Shown here one piece after another: positions 21,543-36,100 of a stretch of DNA of 64,000 nucleotides. A model generated the notes under the pieces. It ran no database searches. It saw only the letters and a program-made list of their open reading frames with translations, and was not told where the DNA came from. Position numbers and translations under genes: made by a program. The DNA is from Tubulanus polymorphus. Taxonomy: Eukaryota; Animalia; Nemertea. Location: positions 11,207,263-11,271,262 of the forward strand of contig NC_134028.1 of assembly GCF_964204645.1 (NCBI RefSeq), read 5' to 3'. How positions within the stretch are numbered: the stretch's first letter is position 1; each line of letters opens with the position of its first letter.

Positions 21543-24500
21543 TTATAATATCCAGTTAACATTTGTCTATGTAACGTCTCGTAGCTACAATACACTAGAA
21601 AGCAATCTGACACCAGGCACCATTATTAGGCATAAACAAAAGAGGTCAAATACAGTCAGTACCCGATAATTTGCTATTTTAATTCATAGAATTATTCAAT
21701 GTGTTGATCTGCATAAGATATGTTGAGCGTCTAGTCAAAAAAGTCGATAGAGAACCAACTAGCGACTCTCAAACCATGAACAGACCGATAATAAGGGCAC
21801 TCAAGTATGAACACTTTGATTATGACCAGCTTGTGGCACCATTGTGCTTTTATTGACGGAGACCGGAAATCAAGGTCATTCACTGAATACAGGTGGCTGG
21901 GTACGGAATTAGGATTTAATTAGTCGTAATTCTCACTGGCGGAACCAGCCTACTACGAGTACTGCTTGAGCGGTACTCAAGATTTCCCCTACATTTTCGA
22001 TATAGAGAATATTTGCCTGCATGACTAGACACACAAAAATGTATCATGTTTGTCTCTCTGATACTTGTCGTATATGTAATCGGGGCACCACAGGCACTCT
22101 AGGCTTACGGCTTGGCGATTTAAAAAAATGTAATTCCTGTTTTAAAATTGCTGCGATAGCTTCGGAAGTGTTTTGAGTTTTGGCACCCGGAAGTTATATA
22201 ATATTACGATTCTAGCCTACTATGTTATGAGCCAGTGTCAAGAAATACTGGCTTTCGTCTGCATGCTAGACTTCAATTGTTGGTACTAGTAGTTGGTTCA
22301 ATTGTCAGATTGGGTTGGACATACATACCACATGTACATATATGTATAAAGTCAATCTGGAACATTGAGGCCTGGTGTATGCACGGAAGTGTGACTGTGT
22401 GTCCTTAAGCAGCAAGTGCTTGTTATGTCCATGTATGTGAAATGTATATAATCTCCATGGTATTCTATCTTGTATATTCATATTTCTCTGTTAAACTGTC
22501 TGTATAACTTCTATATATAATGTGTGCTAAGAACCACTGAACTGTACTGTCTGTTCACAGTCACGGTCTTCAATATAAATATCTGGTTTTGTGAACATGC
22601 AGGCAGTTCGAGAGTTACGGCCAGACCAGTACTACGTAAAATAAATTGCTGTTATCTGAAATGTGGAAGTCGTTGGTCTTTAATACTTGACTTCGAGGAA
22701 TTCGCAACAAGATTTCCAGAGGATTCTCAATTGGTCGTAACAGTGCTCGTGGGTGTAAAACATTCAGGAGTTTGGAAGATACTGATTTGATATTCAGTCA
22801 TTATATGGTGATATCAATTTCACTCTAGTTTTCAGGGTGAGTCAGTAGGTAGGTAGAATTTTTTTCAGCATAAAAACTATTTCAACGAATCCCAGAAAAA
22901 GGTTATCACATGGTACCTTTGAAGCGGGGTCAGGCGGGTTACGGCAAACAGACAATCATTTTGGCATGGTCTTATCATCAACAGCTGCGCAGGTGTAGGT
23001 AGATTTCTTGTGCCTGTATGCACCAAGTAATGTAACAAGTAATGTTAATGTACCTGTTTGCACCAAGCCGCTTAAACCGAATAAGTTGTCACAGTTTGAT
23101 AAAGAAGCGCGTAAATGCTCAGGGGATATTGAACATATCATTAAACCCTTGTATTGTAATTGGTCAGCATTATATATCGGAATGCTAAGTTTTGGAAGAT
23201 TAATTTAATAAGACCATCAAAAAGAGTTAAATGTTCAAATCCTTGACTAAGATATTGACTTTTTTGCATCTATGCTCGGTGAACTGCATGTTTTATTAAG
23301 CAAATTAACCGACTTGGTAAAACAACCCTTTAGTGCAAAATACGGTAGACTAAGACGGTAAAATAGTAAGGAAAAATCACTAGTCACATTGCGGCACAGA
23401 ACAAAATATGGAATTATACTAAGACTAATACTAACAATAACTCTGACTAAAGATACAAAATTTGCATTATGACCGAAGCTCGAGGGACCATGTAGAGAAT
23501 TGGAATCAACTGACTGGTCATGCAATGCAAATAATTAAGGAAAACGAAAGCCTAATAATCTAAATATATTAACTACTATAATAACCCATTAGCACCCAGG
23601 AAGTTCACTACGTAGTGTGTATTACTCCTCAGAAAATTCATGGGAAAATCCATATTCATCTTGATACAGAATAGTTCATTCCCAGTTTTTCACATATCAC
23701 AAGTTTGTGTTATTTTGTAGCAAATAATCAAGGCTTTCATATGATATAAGATTTGGTGAGGTGGGCCACCAAAATTGTGTTTTTTTGGCCCCTGAAATTC
23801 ATCCAGGCTTACTTGCATTTGAAATGAGTGCACAGATCTGTCATATCCATACTCCAAACACTCAGGAATTTCAAATAGGAAGATGTTGATTTCTATAAGG
23901 TATTCTGAGGACTTGGGTGTCTACTTTGTCATAAGCTTTTGGGTTCGAATCCCACAATAGGGGCCTAACCGTTTTTAGGCAGCAGACGAAAAAAAGTGTC
24001 AGGGTGGATTTGGGCAACTTGAGGGTAATAGGCAAGGCGGATACAAACAGCTTGAGTGCTAAAGAGTTAACAGAGTAGATACATACAAGACCGTGAATAT
24101 ATATCATATGATACCTAACATATAGAATTAGCCTAAATTACTGAAGGAAAGTCCTAGAAACTATACTTTACTCAGGTTAACTGAGGTCCCGGTCAGGTAT
24201 GATTAACATCCATAAAATGGTTCCTGACTACGGAACTCAAAACACTCTAAACAGTGACCTAATTTTATTCACGCAGTGATTTTTACAATAGCCTGCAGTA
24301 AAAGCCAATAAACCACTGCTGATGATGCTCCTCCGCGATAGAATAAGAGCTCCAGATCTATTTTTGCAGTGTATTTAATCTCATTCGTGGGTTTTTTCGT
24401 TAAATCAATGACTATAAAAACTGAATGCTTAAGTTCACGGTAAACATACATGACACATGCCAACACATTAGTAATAGCTCTTTCATTCCTCAAGTGCTAA

Positions 24501-26847
24501 ATATTAGAACAATTTTCAGATACTGTCAAAAAATTCTCTAAGTAAAATTTTTTCACGCATTAACTGAAAACTTCATAAGTCTCTAAATTCCTTTCATGTT
24601 TTGCCACAATGTTCCATAATCGGGGGGCAGAGAAAGGAAAAGATCAGTAACAAAACCATTATAAAAAGAAACTAGCGACAATGAGCCATTGATGGATTAA
24701 CTTCAGTGCTATTCTCGAGATTCTAATATTTCCTACCGTCCAAATCATTATAATGATTCTACAGTTGTTTATATTCTGAAGACCTAAGTTTCTACAGGAA
24801 TTTAAGGGGTAGGGGACAAATACAGATTATTGGAGTATGAATTAGACACAGAAACTTAAAGAGAATAACAAAAAAACGGAAACCGATTCATTTAGGCCTA
24901 TACGCAATAAGCATTTACACAGTTTAACAGGGGCCAGATTTACTGAGGTTGACTGTATATAAAAAATCTCCCATGAAAATATATCTAAATTCTATGCACA
25001 CAATCATGGATGGTTGACAGCCCTGAATCAGAAAGATATCTGTCATCAATATCATTCATCTATATGCAATCAAGACAGGTGGCAAGAGATAATGAAAGAG
25101 ACTTGGCAGATGCATTTTGATATTCTTTGTATTTGCAGAATGGCAATACAATAACAGTTAAAACTTGATAAGAAGAAAATAATTTGGATGAGCTAAGCTA
25201 ACTTATATAATCAAAATGTGAAAATGAATACGAACCAGGTATAAATACAGTGGCTACACATCCAAATATATGAAAACAGTTAACTTCAATGAAAATTGGG
25301 TGATCACTGATTGAATACACAAATTTCATACATGAATTTAGAACTTTCCTTCACCCTAACCCCCAACATCAGTGATCGATGCTCTTATGATGCCCTGCAC
25401 AAATACTGTCAATTCCTTAACAAATGGCTCTTAGCAAAATGTAAGATTCCTGACAAATATAATAGAATTGGCTGATGTAAATCCATCTCATGTCTAGTAG
25501 ACATTATTCCTAAAGCCTAGCCTACATCAACACTGCAATTGGAGACAACTAGTTGCAGGGAAGTTTTCGGCTCATGAGAGCACCTGGCTGGATACAATCA
25601 GTTGCTTGAACGTGTTGATGTGAGCTAGCTAATGACTGGTTAGCGTCCATCTATCTCCAGTTCCAGGCAGTTGCCCATGTTCTACTTTTGAGCAACTAGT
25701 TCTACTCAGTTACTGTCATATCCGTCGATGTGAGCGCTCCATAATCGACAACAAAGCAATTTGGAATCCAAACTTGTCTACCTGATATTCTCAGCATGGA
25801 TACATACATGTATAAAGGCTACAGGGTGCAGGCATCAGACCACAATTAGGTTAATAGCTCGAAGATGCGTAGAGCCGGACCCCAAAAACAGTACCTAGAG
25901 TGAAGAAGAGGTCCCCAATAAATGTTGCCATAATTTCTGCAAATGGGATAGGTAACGAATTTCGGTTATATGTATGAAATCCATTGATCCTGAGAGACAG
26001 ATTGATGATGAAATAAGGGATTCCCTGGACATTTTTTGCTTGGAGTAAGGGTACCAAACACGGTGCGGGATTCCCTTAGATATTGGGCTCGGATGTACTG
26101 GCATACCTGTACTGGGATACCCCTCCTTTCTAAAGGTTTGATTATTTCAAAAGTTAGGTTGGGTATGTGGGGCGAAAACCACTTCAATGCGTAGCTAAGA
26201 TGCTGGCCTATGAGCCATAAGCAGGATTTCCCCTGAATTTACGCGCTTCTATATGAACTAAACTCTTGAATATCTTGTTTTTACAATAGGATATAGAAGA
26301 TTTTGGAATAGTGGTCTGAGCTCTGCATTATACATAATTTGAAATGTGATTGGGGACTGCACCCATATGTACATATACAGGACAGCTATCTTGGGTCATT
26401 GACATGACTTACATCATATGGAATATTCCATGAAATCACTTATTGTCTTGAAGAAAATGTTCTGTATAAAGTGAATATATTTACTGCAACGTTTTGGCTA
26501 TTGGGCAGTTTTTATCAAACCAGCGTTAATAGTGATGGATATTTTCTCAAAAGGGATTGATCTGTAACAAATATGGAAAAATCTTACGTGTTGGAGTTTA
26601 TGTTTCCATATAGCACAATGCCATTACTAGCTTAGTGCTAAATACAGCATAAGTATATTGTATAGGATACGATATCTTATTAAACATTTTCATTTAACCT
26701 TGACTTGAAGTAGACAAGGTTGCAGACATGAGGTAGATGAAAACAATTCAATTGTAGTGAACATAATTAAATGTTGACAGAATGCAGCCACATAATTATC
26801 ACCCAATGAATACATATCATTTAATAACAACATAAGCCTTTCCTTAC

Positions 26848-29800
26848 CAGGAAACATTTCTAATCCCATTTCTCTTTCACCCATGTTCATTTCAGCCATT
26901 TTTTGCAACGGTGGTGAATTTCGGCCATCATCTTTTTCCGATTCAGATTTCTCCTCACCATGAATGACGGCTATACCCAGACGCAAACGTTCAGCATATG
27001 ATGTGGCCCTTTTCACAGAATTAGGGTTACGTGCAACAATAACTGCATTTCGATAGTCTGGAATCTGTTTAGAAAAATGAAAAAAATATCAAAATTGAAA
27101 TAGATAGCCAGACATTCTTGTTGGTGGCAAGGGACCGACAAACAGGGTTTAAGGGGGGCCAAAATGTGGCTAGGTCAGCTGAAATAGTTACCACTTGAAA
27201 CTTAATGCAAGTCATTATACACATTACCCTGAATCAAAAATGAATGGTGCCAGACATTTTTGGAGGTGGGGGGCCTGGGCCAGACGGCCTAAATTTGGCA
27301 CCCTTTGTGACTAGGCTAGGTCAGCTGTATTAGTTACCACTTGAAATTTGCTGCAAATCATTATACACACTACCCCGAATCAGAAATGAATGGGGCCAGA
27401 CATTTTTGGTGGTGGGGGCCTGGGCGAGACCCAATCAGCACCCTTGAATGGCTAGGTCAGCTGTAATAGTTACCACTGGGTTAAACAATATCCTTATCAT
27501 AGTGGGAATCAGAAGCTAAGGCTGTTTTTTTTTTATTAGTTGGATATCGGATCCGCCGCAAAATATTTCCGATTTAAGGTATGAAAAAATTTTTATTTTT
27601 ATTCCCCCGCCCCCTTATTCTTAAGCATGTGTATGGAAATAAAAACAAACGTTCGTAATTTTTGTGGTCGGGTTAGGTAGCAACGCCGAGCACGATGTTT
27701 AAGTGGTTCGACTTGCACTTAATTTTCCCACTTTTCTTTGTTATTTGACATAAGATAGCTTTGTAACTTGCTCAGTAAGTCTGAAATTTGTTGCGCTTTC
27801 CTGAGTTTGTTAATATAAGAAAGAATGAATTTATTTCTGAAAGAAGAAATTGAAGGAATTCTATAAAATAAAATTCATTTTCCCGCCTGATGTCATGCCG
27901 CTTCTTGTATATCATTGTATTGTATATCGTAGGACTAGAAACATTTTTTGATGATATTTAAATTAACAACGTATATTTGGTTATGATATGAGGCCTAGGC
28001 AAGGACATAAAACCAGCACTTCTCATGTGCGTAAGCAGATAAGATTTGTGGCCGGTTCATCATGTATCACGTGACTAAAACAGTTTTCCGATCCTCACTT
28101 CAAAAGTTGAGAACTAAATGAAATTAATTGTTGTCATCCGATTTAATCAAACTAAGATTAATAAGCATCTTGTACTGTGCTGAAAATTCCATGTTGATGC
28201 GCGGCGTAGTTTGCAATATTTACTGCGGAGCTGTGATGATAGCGCCCTCATTTAGTAATACAGGTAGCTCACCAAAATCAACGAAGCCGTTAATCTTTAG
28301 ATAATCTATTGATAAAAAAAGATTTGTTTGAAAATATTTGAACTAAAATTGATGATGTTGATTATAAGATTGATTATTCAAAAACGTTTGTATCGATATG
28401 CGGATGAATTTTAAACAATACTAATTTGCATAACAAGAGGCCCAAAGGCCTTGTACCTTCATGACGTAGTAGAAGAAGAATGATTCAGTATTCAAAGTTT
28501 TACAGAATGATTTACATTGTAACGATGTAACAAGTTTTAAAATAGTTAAGAGGTATAGGCTATGTGGCGATAATGTTCATTTTCTGTTAATATATCCTTA
28601 CATGAAAAGACAAGCCCATTTAAGCTGCCCCAAAGATCACACTACACGAAAAAATGCATCAAGAATTGGTGTAGGCATCGTGCTGAAAAGAAATCCAAGA
28701 TGGATGGCAACCCTGGTGGCCATACTTGAACTCAATTTTCAATAAGGGGTAGACATTTCACCTACTAAAATTCTTACACCTAGTATCTTAAAAATGTATC
28801 AAGAATTGCAGGCTGTTTAGTGCTAGAAATTCAAGATGGCTGACCTGGTGGCCATATTTGAAGACCGATGACCTCCATATACAAAAGGCATGACCCTGAC
28901 AGCTTGACCCTGATCCTCACACAAAATTTTGTGGAAATCCACCAAGAATTGCGGGCTGCATCATGGAAACAAGAAATTCAAGATGGCCACCCCAATGGCA
29001 GCCATATTTGATCACCAATGACGATAGGGGTGGACATCTCGCCAGACCCAATCTTCATGCTAATTTTCAAAAAGATTCATCGCAAATTACAGGCAAATTA
29101 CTGTGTCGAATTCAATTCAATTGCAGAGGTCCTTGCTTAGGCCTATGTAATGGGAGTCAATTAAGATTCGACTTTTTGAAAACCAGCACAGATGCCTATT
29201 CAAATCACATGTAATTAAAAAATTCAGTGCTTCTCAGTTTGATGTCCCTGTTTTCATCGCGTACGTGGTTAAAATTATTGTTTACATCGAACGTCTTCAA
29301 CAGCTGATACGACCGCACCCGCGTCTGTCAATCATCTTAATTGATTCATATACTAAAATGCTCACTATGAAAAACTATGCAGTGGATCAATCCGGAATTT
29401 TTCAGTAGATTGTCAGACACTAGGTACCTTTCTTTAAAGGTTTATTTGTTGTATGTCATTAACAATCAGTTATACAGTACGTTATTCATAACTTTGTAGC
29501 GGCGCGCCGGCAGCGAACGCTCAAGCAAGGTCAGTCACGTAGGCCAATGATAACACGAAACAGACCACGGATTTGCCGGTTAAGAGAGATAATTCCACAC
29601 TGTAATTCCACTATTCAACGATCGACACACAGCTCAAACATGGCGCTGCCATTCAATACGCTAGTCACGATGTATCTCTACACACATCAAAATCACACTT
29701 GAAAAGTGTTGACTTATGAGAAACGATCGAAATCTAGCAAGCATTGGGAAAATAGCAGCACTATAGTTGAAAAAAGTTGATAAACCACCTCCGACTGTCT

Positions 29801-32800
29801 AATCATTTAAAAGCTTTGCTTTCACATGGAACTATTTCCGCCTTATCACAGGTGCACTCTGCCGCCGTGATTCGCCCATTCAACGATAAAGACTTTCCCA
29901 TGGTCTTACTATCGGCATTTTCTAATAATTAAGGGAAATATTTTTAAAAAGCAAAATTTCACACTCTGCATTAATAAGATTAAAGTATTCATTCGTTTGA
30001 CAAATCTTCCTCTGAACTCCCACCAACAAGTTAAAAGTGGCGACACGAAAATGACGTCATCGACTCACTACCATCTTATAACCTTCATGACTATGTCATG
30101 AAGGTAAAAAACACCATACTGGTGGACTAACATTGTGTAGCATATAGTTGAAATTGAACGCATGAATTGATGCGGCTTTTTCACTACGATCAAGCCTTTG
30201 TGCGGGTAATGTCTCGTTGACCTCTACGTCATACTTGCACTACGATATGATGTTAAGGTAAGTGATTAGACGATTACGTAACAGAGTAGCAACTACGAGA
30301 GATCGTAGACTGTGGCCTCTGTTCGGCGTACAAGTTTCGCTCTGACGTGGCAGTGGCCAAGTGTTGTGTTCAGTACTTCGTTATGATGGTCTCATTCGTA
30401 ACTGTCACTGAGTTTCTTCGATCGAACCTGTTTCTAAACCGACCACATAAAAAGATTCTTTCTAGTTTTCCACTGCCACATCATCTTTTGACATCAAACA
30501 CAAACAAGAAACGAAATTCTTAATATGGACTTTCATATATTTACATGAGAGTACATATGTTTAATCAGCATCAAAATTAAACATTGGAACTCTAGATTAC
30601 AGATTATAAGCAGTACAAATGAAAAATAGTGAGAACTATTGGATTGAATTCAAATGATGGGAGAAGACTGACTTTTTACAGATAATAAGATCGAAAATAA
30701 GGATGGAAAATATCAAGAAAAAATGTCTTCTTTCGAATTATGAATGGAAGCGCATAGGCCTACTGATCTTCGGCATGAAGTTTTTGGCAGAATTTCAGAG
30801 AATCCGTGCTCCAAGTAATCAACAAGAAAATTAACTTTAATAAATTATTTGACGCCTGCTAAAAAATGTAGAATTTCTGGGATAAGCTAATGTGGAATTG
30901 CAAATTTGAAATCGAAGTTTTAAGAAATTTGGGGAATTATTTATGAGATTTGGCGATTGGGTAGATAATACAGTCTTCGACTGGTCTAATTAAAAAAAAA
31001 TTGTGACCGACTTCGATTCACTTTTGCTCTAAGCTGGTCTGCAACTTCATTGCCTCCATATGGTTGAAGAAAGAGCTCTTCTGATGTCTGCTTCATCATG
31101 ACTTCGAGCATATCATGTAGCCAGCCGACCCGGTCCCGGGGCCCGGTTTGGCTGTCACTCGATATCCTAGACTTGAGTCTGGGTTGAAGTAGACATCGTC
31201 ATTTAAATAACTTATTCATGTTATTCTGTATGAATTACCCATGTGTCTTGTAGTTTGTATTTTCTTATTCTAAAATTTGTAACTTTATTGAATTTGGGAA
31301 TTTCATCCCGGAATTTCAATGTAATAAGGATCAATAAAGTATTGAATTGAATTGTCACCTTATACACATGCCATCAGTGGACGCGGAGCCGTATATGACA
31401 GCTATGCTATTATAGATTGCTAATCTCATGAAACCTGCATACCCCTAATATCGAACATATTTTCTAAAACATTTGAATATTGAAATTATTTGTTTACACA
31501 TTTTTATATAGACCGCTTGTAGCCGCCGATGAAATTCACGCCGTCCTACTCAGATCGTAGGTAGCTTCGTCATTCCACTAGCATCCCCATGTCAGGGTCT
31601 GACTTTTATATCAGACTTCCAAATCGTGTATACATCCGCCATTTAACCGAATAATCAGATTTACTTATCATTTCTATTTATGCCTGCCGCTCCTGATATA
31701 ATCATACATCCTTTACTATTACAATACGTCTTATCATGATATTCAATGCAATATAACATTTCGACGTTCAAATAGAGGTCATTATATAATCACAGGGAGC
31801 CATTCTACATCTTTATCAATAATATTTTGCCAAATAGCTTGTATGTGTACACATAAACCTGTGACGTTTTGCACATCGATTTACGGTTGTCGTTTGTAAA
31901 ATGACGCTGAATGGTTAACATTGTTTAGGTTTCATAATGGTAACGTTTTATAAGGCGTCAAAAAAAGCCTAAGATGTCGCCCATGATTGAATCCAGAAGT
32001 TTTCATGAAAACCTGTCTATTGTTACGATCTCCATCACACACAACTGCATGACGATTCATCATGAATATACATAGTAACCAGTTTTCCCCACTGACCAAA
32101 TAGACACTCTCCACTTTCATGGTGTGACGATTTCTATTCACTGTGTAGGCGGCCTACTAAGTTTGTTAGACAATTTATTTTTGTAAATTGAAAAATTTCC
32201 AAGTTCCTTATTTTACGGCCCTTCTATACAATTCACTGCTTTTCACAGCCAGCCACGACAAACCCTGGCAGTTGAATCATTTGCAGTTTCCAGGAAAACT
32301 TTAACTAGGCCACATACGAGGTGCGCTTTTCATATACATGCACAGATCAATACGGTACACCACATAGCAGCGAGTCTGTAATGAGCACGTGTGTGAAGCC
32401 GTAAAAGGGCATATGTTCTTCCGAAACGAAATGTAGTTCAACAAATAAACAACTAAATTCATAAATAAGCACCAGATTCCGATGAAATTCAATCGGGTTA
32501 GAGCTTTTTTTACTGCATTGAATGTTTAAAAAGTTCCAAAGAAACTAAGCCTCATTTGGAAGTTATCTTTAACAACAGATGAAAGTTTCATATGTGATAA
32601 CAAAATGGACTTCATTAAAGCGAAAGTCTATAAAAAATCACGGTGAATGATGGGTGTTCTATAGACTGGTTGCCTGTGTGTAACCAGTCTAGGATGTTCT
32701 AATGTATATTTTTGTCGGATTCTTTCAGTAAATAGTGTGACTTGCAAAAATGGCGGTGTCAGCTATGAGTGTAGGCAGTAAATAGACAATATTCGGATAT

Positions 32801-33089
32801 CATTGTCCTATAACACCCTCCAAAATAGGGGGAGTTTTTACATTTTTTGCTAATTCCGCCCCCGATTACTAAATTAGTACAAAATTCAATGTTTTGAGAA
32901 AATAGTATCTTTATTTTTATTTTTCCTGCCACCACAATCATTTCAAGCCCATCAAATGTGTAATCCAACTTATCATAAAAAAATGGCCTAAATATTTTTT
33001 GTTTTGTTTATGTGTATGGTAGTGAGTTATAACTGTGGTCATGCCTCACTGGCAATATTGTGTAGGCCTATACATATACATATCGTAGG

Positions 33090-33180
<91 letters not shown>

Positions 33181-36100
33181 TATATATATATCATATATAC
33201 ATGTGAGAACAATGTTTTCATTAATAGCCGGGTGTCGGGTCCCGCACCCGTCTGTCAGTCCTTTTAGACCCGGTTGATTTTTTCACCCCAACATCGTTCC
33301 CAAATGGCTTTTGTCGGCTATCAGCATGATGTATTTTCTGGTCAGAAGTATTTGTGAATATATGCTTCACACACGACACATGACTCCTGCCGATTGGTTT
33401 GACTCTACTCACTATTGCAAGCTATGAGAAAAACGCGTGTGGTCTAGTTAAAGTTTTCCAAGAAATTGGGAATGTTCCAATAAGCTGTCAGCAAAGCTGG
33501 AAGTGCCACGCATGTTGGCTGTTGCTACGTTAAACGGGCCTTGCAATCATTGAATTATTAAAAGGGAAATTCGAGGCCTTGAATTCCGCAACGGTCTTCA
33601 AAATCGATTTAGGGGCTTCAATTTAAAAAATGTTGCAAATCTATAGATTTATGATTGTTTTTGTTATAATTGAAATCTTGGCAACAGTGTGATTATGTTT
33701 AATGCGAGATATATAAACTCTAAATTGTATTGATTTCTTTTCACTGTTGTACAGAAGGTGTCTATTTGCAATCATTGGGGAAAACCCACTACCAAAAATA
33801 TCCATGATAAATCATCGTGCAGTTCTGTGTGATATCGCGGAGATCGTGTCCATGGACGAATTTTCATACAAATTTCTAGGTTCAAGGGGACACATGTTAG
33901 GCTTTTCTAATCACTTGGAGGACGGATCCCCTTTGAATTTATCATATCTAACTTTAAAACAAACTTTTTCCTGGTATTTCCGTCTTGACTTATGATCTAT
34001 TTATGATCATTTGAAATAAGAAAGATTTATTCTCATTGGAATTCAATCCAATCCAGTTTTCATTCTATATTTTTCTGCAGTCCATCAAAGATTTTACATG
34101 GAAAATACTCGAAGGAAGCTATGATCCCTTCCATTTTGGTAACTCCATGATCTCAGAAATCAATAAATTCAATGTTAGATTTTAAATCTTATTTTCTCCT
34201 TCAACCTTTCAGTTATGCTGGTAAAATCAGTAGGCCTACACCAACCAATTCAAAGAGCCTTAGTGTAGGAATTTGATCACTGGTATTTTGAATGGAATCA
34301 GACGATTTGGCTTCTAAAATTGATACGACTTACGTGAAAAAACAAGTACGAGTTATAAGCATGATTTCATAAGGTTTAATGAAGAAGAAAAGCGGGACCA
34401 AAGTAATTATACGAGATATGTGATGATACGACTACTACGATGACGACTTATGCGGGGTTAACTGTAGTACAAAAAATGCTCAAGCAGTCCCTCCATTCCG
34501 GAACAACTGGTGCTGTTCTTCAAAACGATGTTATAGAAAAGAAAGTTAATTCAATGGCCTTTGATGCTATTTATAATGTATCTCGCGGAAGTGTTAGGCC
34601 CTGGAAGCATACAATCATGGGACTAGGCTTATCATCAATAACTGGATCCATATTGATGGCCGAGATTCTAAATCGTGATAGTCATTCTATCAATTACAGT
34701 GAAATTAAAGGGATTGAAACCGAGTTTGCTTATTCAGTGGCATCAGATTATCACATTACACCCGATGGCCTATTCCTGGATCCCAATTTAACCACAGCCT
34801 CTGTCTGGGACAATTATGAAAATTTTTGAAATTAAAAGCGTTTTCCGAGCACTTCGAGCGATCTTGCGCCCATGAACGATCACCATATTTTGAAAGTAAT
34901 GTCCATTTCCAATGCGGCACATCCACATTTCACTAATAATCAGCATCTCAAGCAGTAGAGGTCGAACCCCTAAATAAGTGAACATTGTGCACCGCGCACC
35001 GCACTCCCCGAATGACTGTATTGAGTATAGACACTCTCGACGATGTTTTCTCACCATATGTACTACTACTAGTGGCTATAAATAGACGTAGCCTACACGT
35101 ACAAATGAGGTCACGTCACACAGGTGCACGGCTATCGCCGAAAGATTGATAATTGTAACAGAAGGAAATTATACACTTGTTAAACGTCAGTAATAGAATC
35201 TAACTGTAAAACGAAATAAATGCGCTTTTACGGCCGCCGGTACCAACAAACTTTCGAATAAACCCTACCCCCATCACATTTTCTCATCGTTTTTAGGCTT
35301 ATCAGAAAAATGACCTTGGACTTGAAAACTTTCTTCCTTGATAATACATGCAAGACCTGAGACGACATCGTTCATGAGTTTGGGAGTTCATTTGGGTATC
35401 CACAATACTATCAAAAAGTTTGAATTCGAATATGTAAAAATGTGGCGTAAAAATAAATTGTAGTTTGAGGATGTAAAAACCATTTTCATCGTGAATTGAC
35501 TACAAAAATGCAGAATGTTCCTCGTCAGCCATGTATTGCTAATGGTTTTAAGATAATAATTCGGCTTACATGTGTAATATATAGTTCAATAAGTGAGGGT
35601 TTGTTTGGTTTTGCCATTGAAACGCCTTAGAAGGAGTAAGATGGACTCACCCTCCTCACTTGCTGCAATACGGATCCGCCTGAGTTACTGCGGGAGGCAG
35701 AATGGAGCTACCCTTCTCACTTGAAAATACCACCCTTAACCACAATCACTGCCCCATTCAATGTCGTCTCAGCTTGAGACTCAGATCATCTTCCATAGAA
35801 CATAGTGTTTATGTTGCGGTATTGCTATGGAAGCCTACTGCTGATATCTTCAGTTTAAATCAATTCAAATCAATGAATATTCATCACTAAATAATCGAAA
35901 TGTCACCAATGGGCTTCCATTCAAATGTGATAAAATCAAACGAAAAATGTTCCATTGCAAATGCGGTGGACAGAATCGAAGATGATATGCTATGGGATAA
36001 AGATGACGATATTCCTGTTAGTGAAATACATACTACGGTGAGTGAAATATCTGCTGAAGTATATACAGATCTGTATGATGATAGAGTTTGCAACAACGAA

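Noticed and set aside
18289-26187. Many 60-90-aa ORFs in intronic DNA
   Set aside because: No recognisable motifs or consistent splice structure; lengths are as expected by chance.
33004-33267. IYIYIY ORFs (also 61173-61394)
   Set aside because: (TA)n artefacts.
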